From positions 1 through 34,870 of the forward strand of contig JAHCIT010000015.1 of NCBI GenBank assembly GCA_026129095.1: 34,870 nucleotides of DNA, written 5' to 3'. Both the position numbers and the translations under genes were made by a program. This document shows, one piece after another, positions 34,662 to 34,870 of the stretch. A model generated the notes under the pieces. It ran no database searches. It was given only the letters and a program-made list of their open reading frames with translations, and had not been told where the DNA came from. The number at the start of each line of letters is the position of its first letter. The first letter of the stretch is position 1. This stretch comes from Deltaproteobacteria bacterium. GTDB lineage: Bacteria; JAGRBM01; JAHCIT01.

Positions 34662-34683
34662 GTAGCGCCATTCCAAGAATCTC

Positions 34684-34869
34684 TTATGCGCCCTCACCGC
34701 CTGCTTTCCTCACCCTTCTCCAGATCTCCCCGTTGCGCTTCATCTTCTCCAGCCGCCTGACGAGGGAGCGGGGAAGCGGAGCGGTGGCTGCGGGGGGCGG
34801 CTTCCCGCCGGAACCGGCCTTCCCGTCACTGTCTGGCGGCCTTGCGGCCGCCGCCATGCGAAGCTTGCC
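34684..34869 (-). CDS. C-terminal end of an unidentified protein (truncated by the window)
   Basis: Minus frame open from the window edge: GKLRMAAAARPP...LVRRLEKMKRNGEIWRRVRKAGGEGA*, with TAA at 34684-34686. Confidence 0.5.
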   Translation of the reverse strand, partial: GKLRMAAAARPPDSDGKAGSGGKPPPAATAPLPRSLVRRLEKMKRNGEIWRRVRKAGGEGA

Positions 34870-34870
34870 A

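Noticed and set aside
1-34870. CRISPR array, tRNA/rRNA, IS transposase, reverse transcriptase/DGR
   Set aside because: No regularly spaced repeats, RNA gene signatures, DDE or RT motifs, or TR/VR pairs were seen.

Overview
The window has three parts. (1) 1-770: the 3' end of a ThiF/E1-like gene and a JAB/MPN protease gene, the cap2-cap3 order of type II CBASS-like ubiquitin-conjugation systems. (2) ~899-17684: a tightly coupled, all-plus-strand operon of about 22 genes that looks like an integrated tailless, internal-membrane virus. It encodes an XRE regulator, a transglutaminase-fold protein, tail-anchored membrane proteins, four tandem jelly-roll-like capsid-type paralogs, a membrane-anchored lytic transglycosylase, an M15 peptidase, holin-like proteins and spike-like proteins, followed by a degenerate ComM fused to a DUF6573-like domain, a beta-clamp-like protein and a RadC-type JAB protein. 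No packaging ATPase, integrase, replication gene, portal, terminase or tail gene is recognisable. Two short motifs, L(S)G/GLG and R-x-N-P, recur at domain junctions and may be processing or packaging signals. (3) 17943-34870: a ~3,200-aa mosaic surface protein converging on a minus-strand block of three GT-C-like membrane glycosyltransferases and a paralogous PKD/beta-helix lipoprotein. All family calls come from reading motifs by eye; no database search was run.
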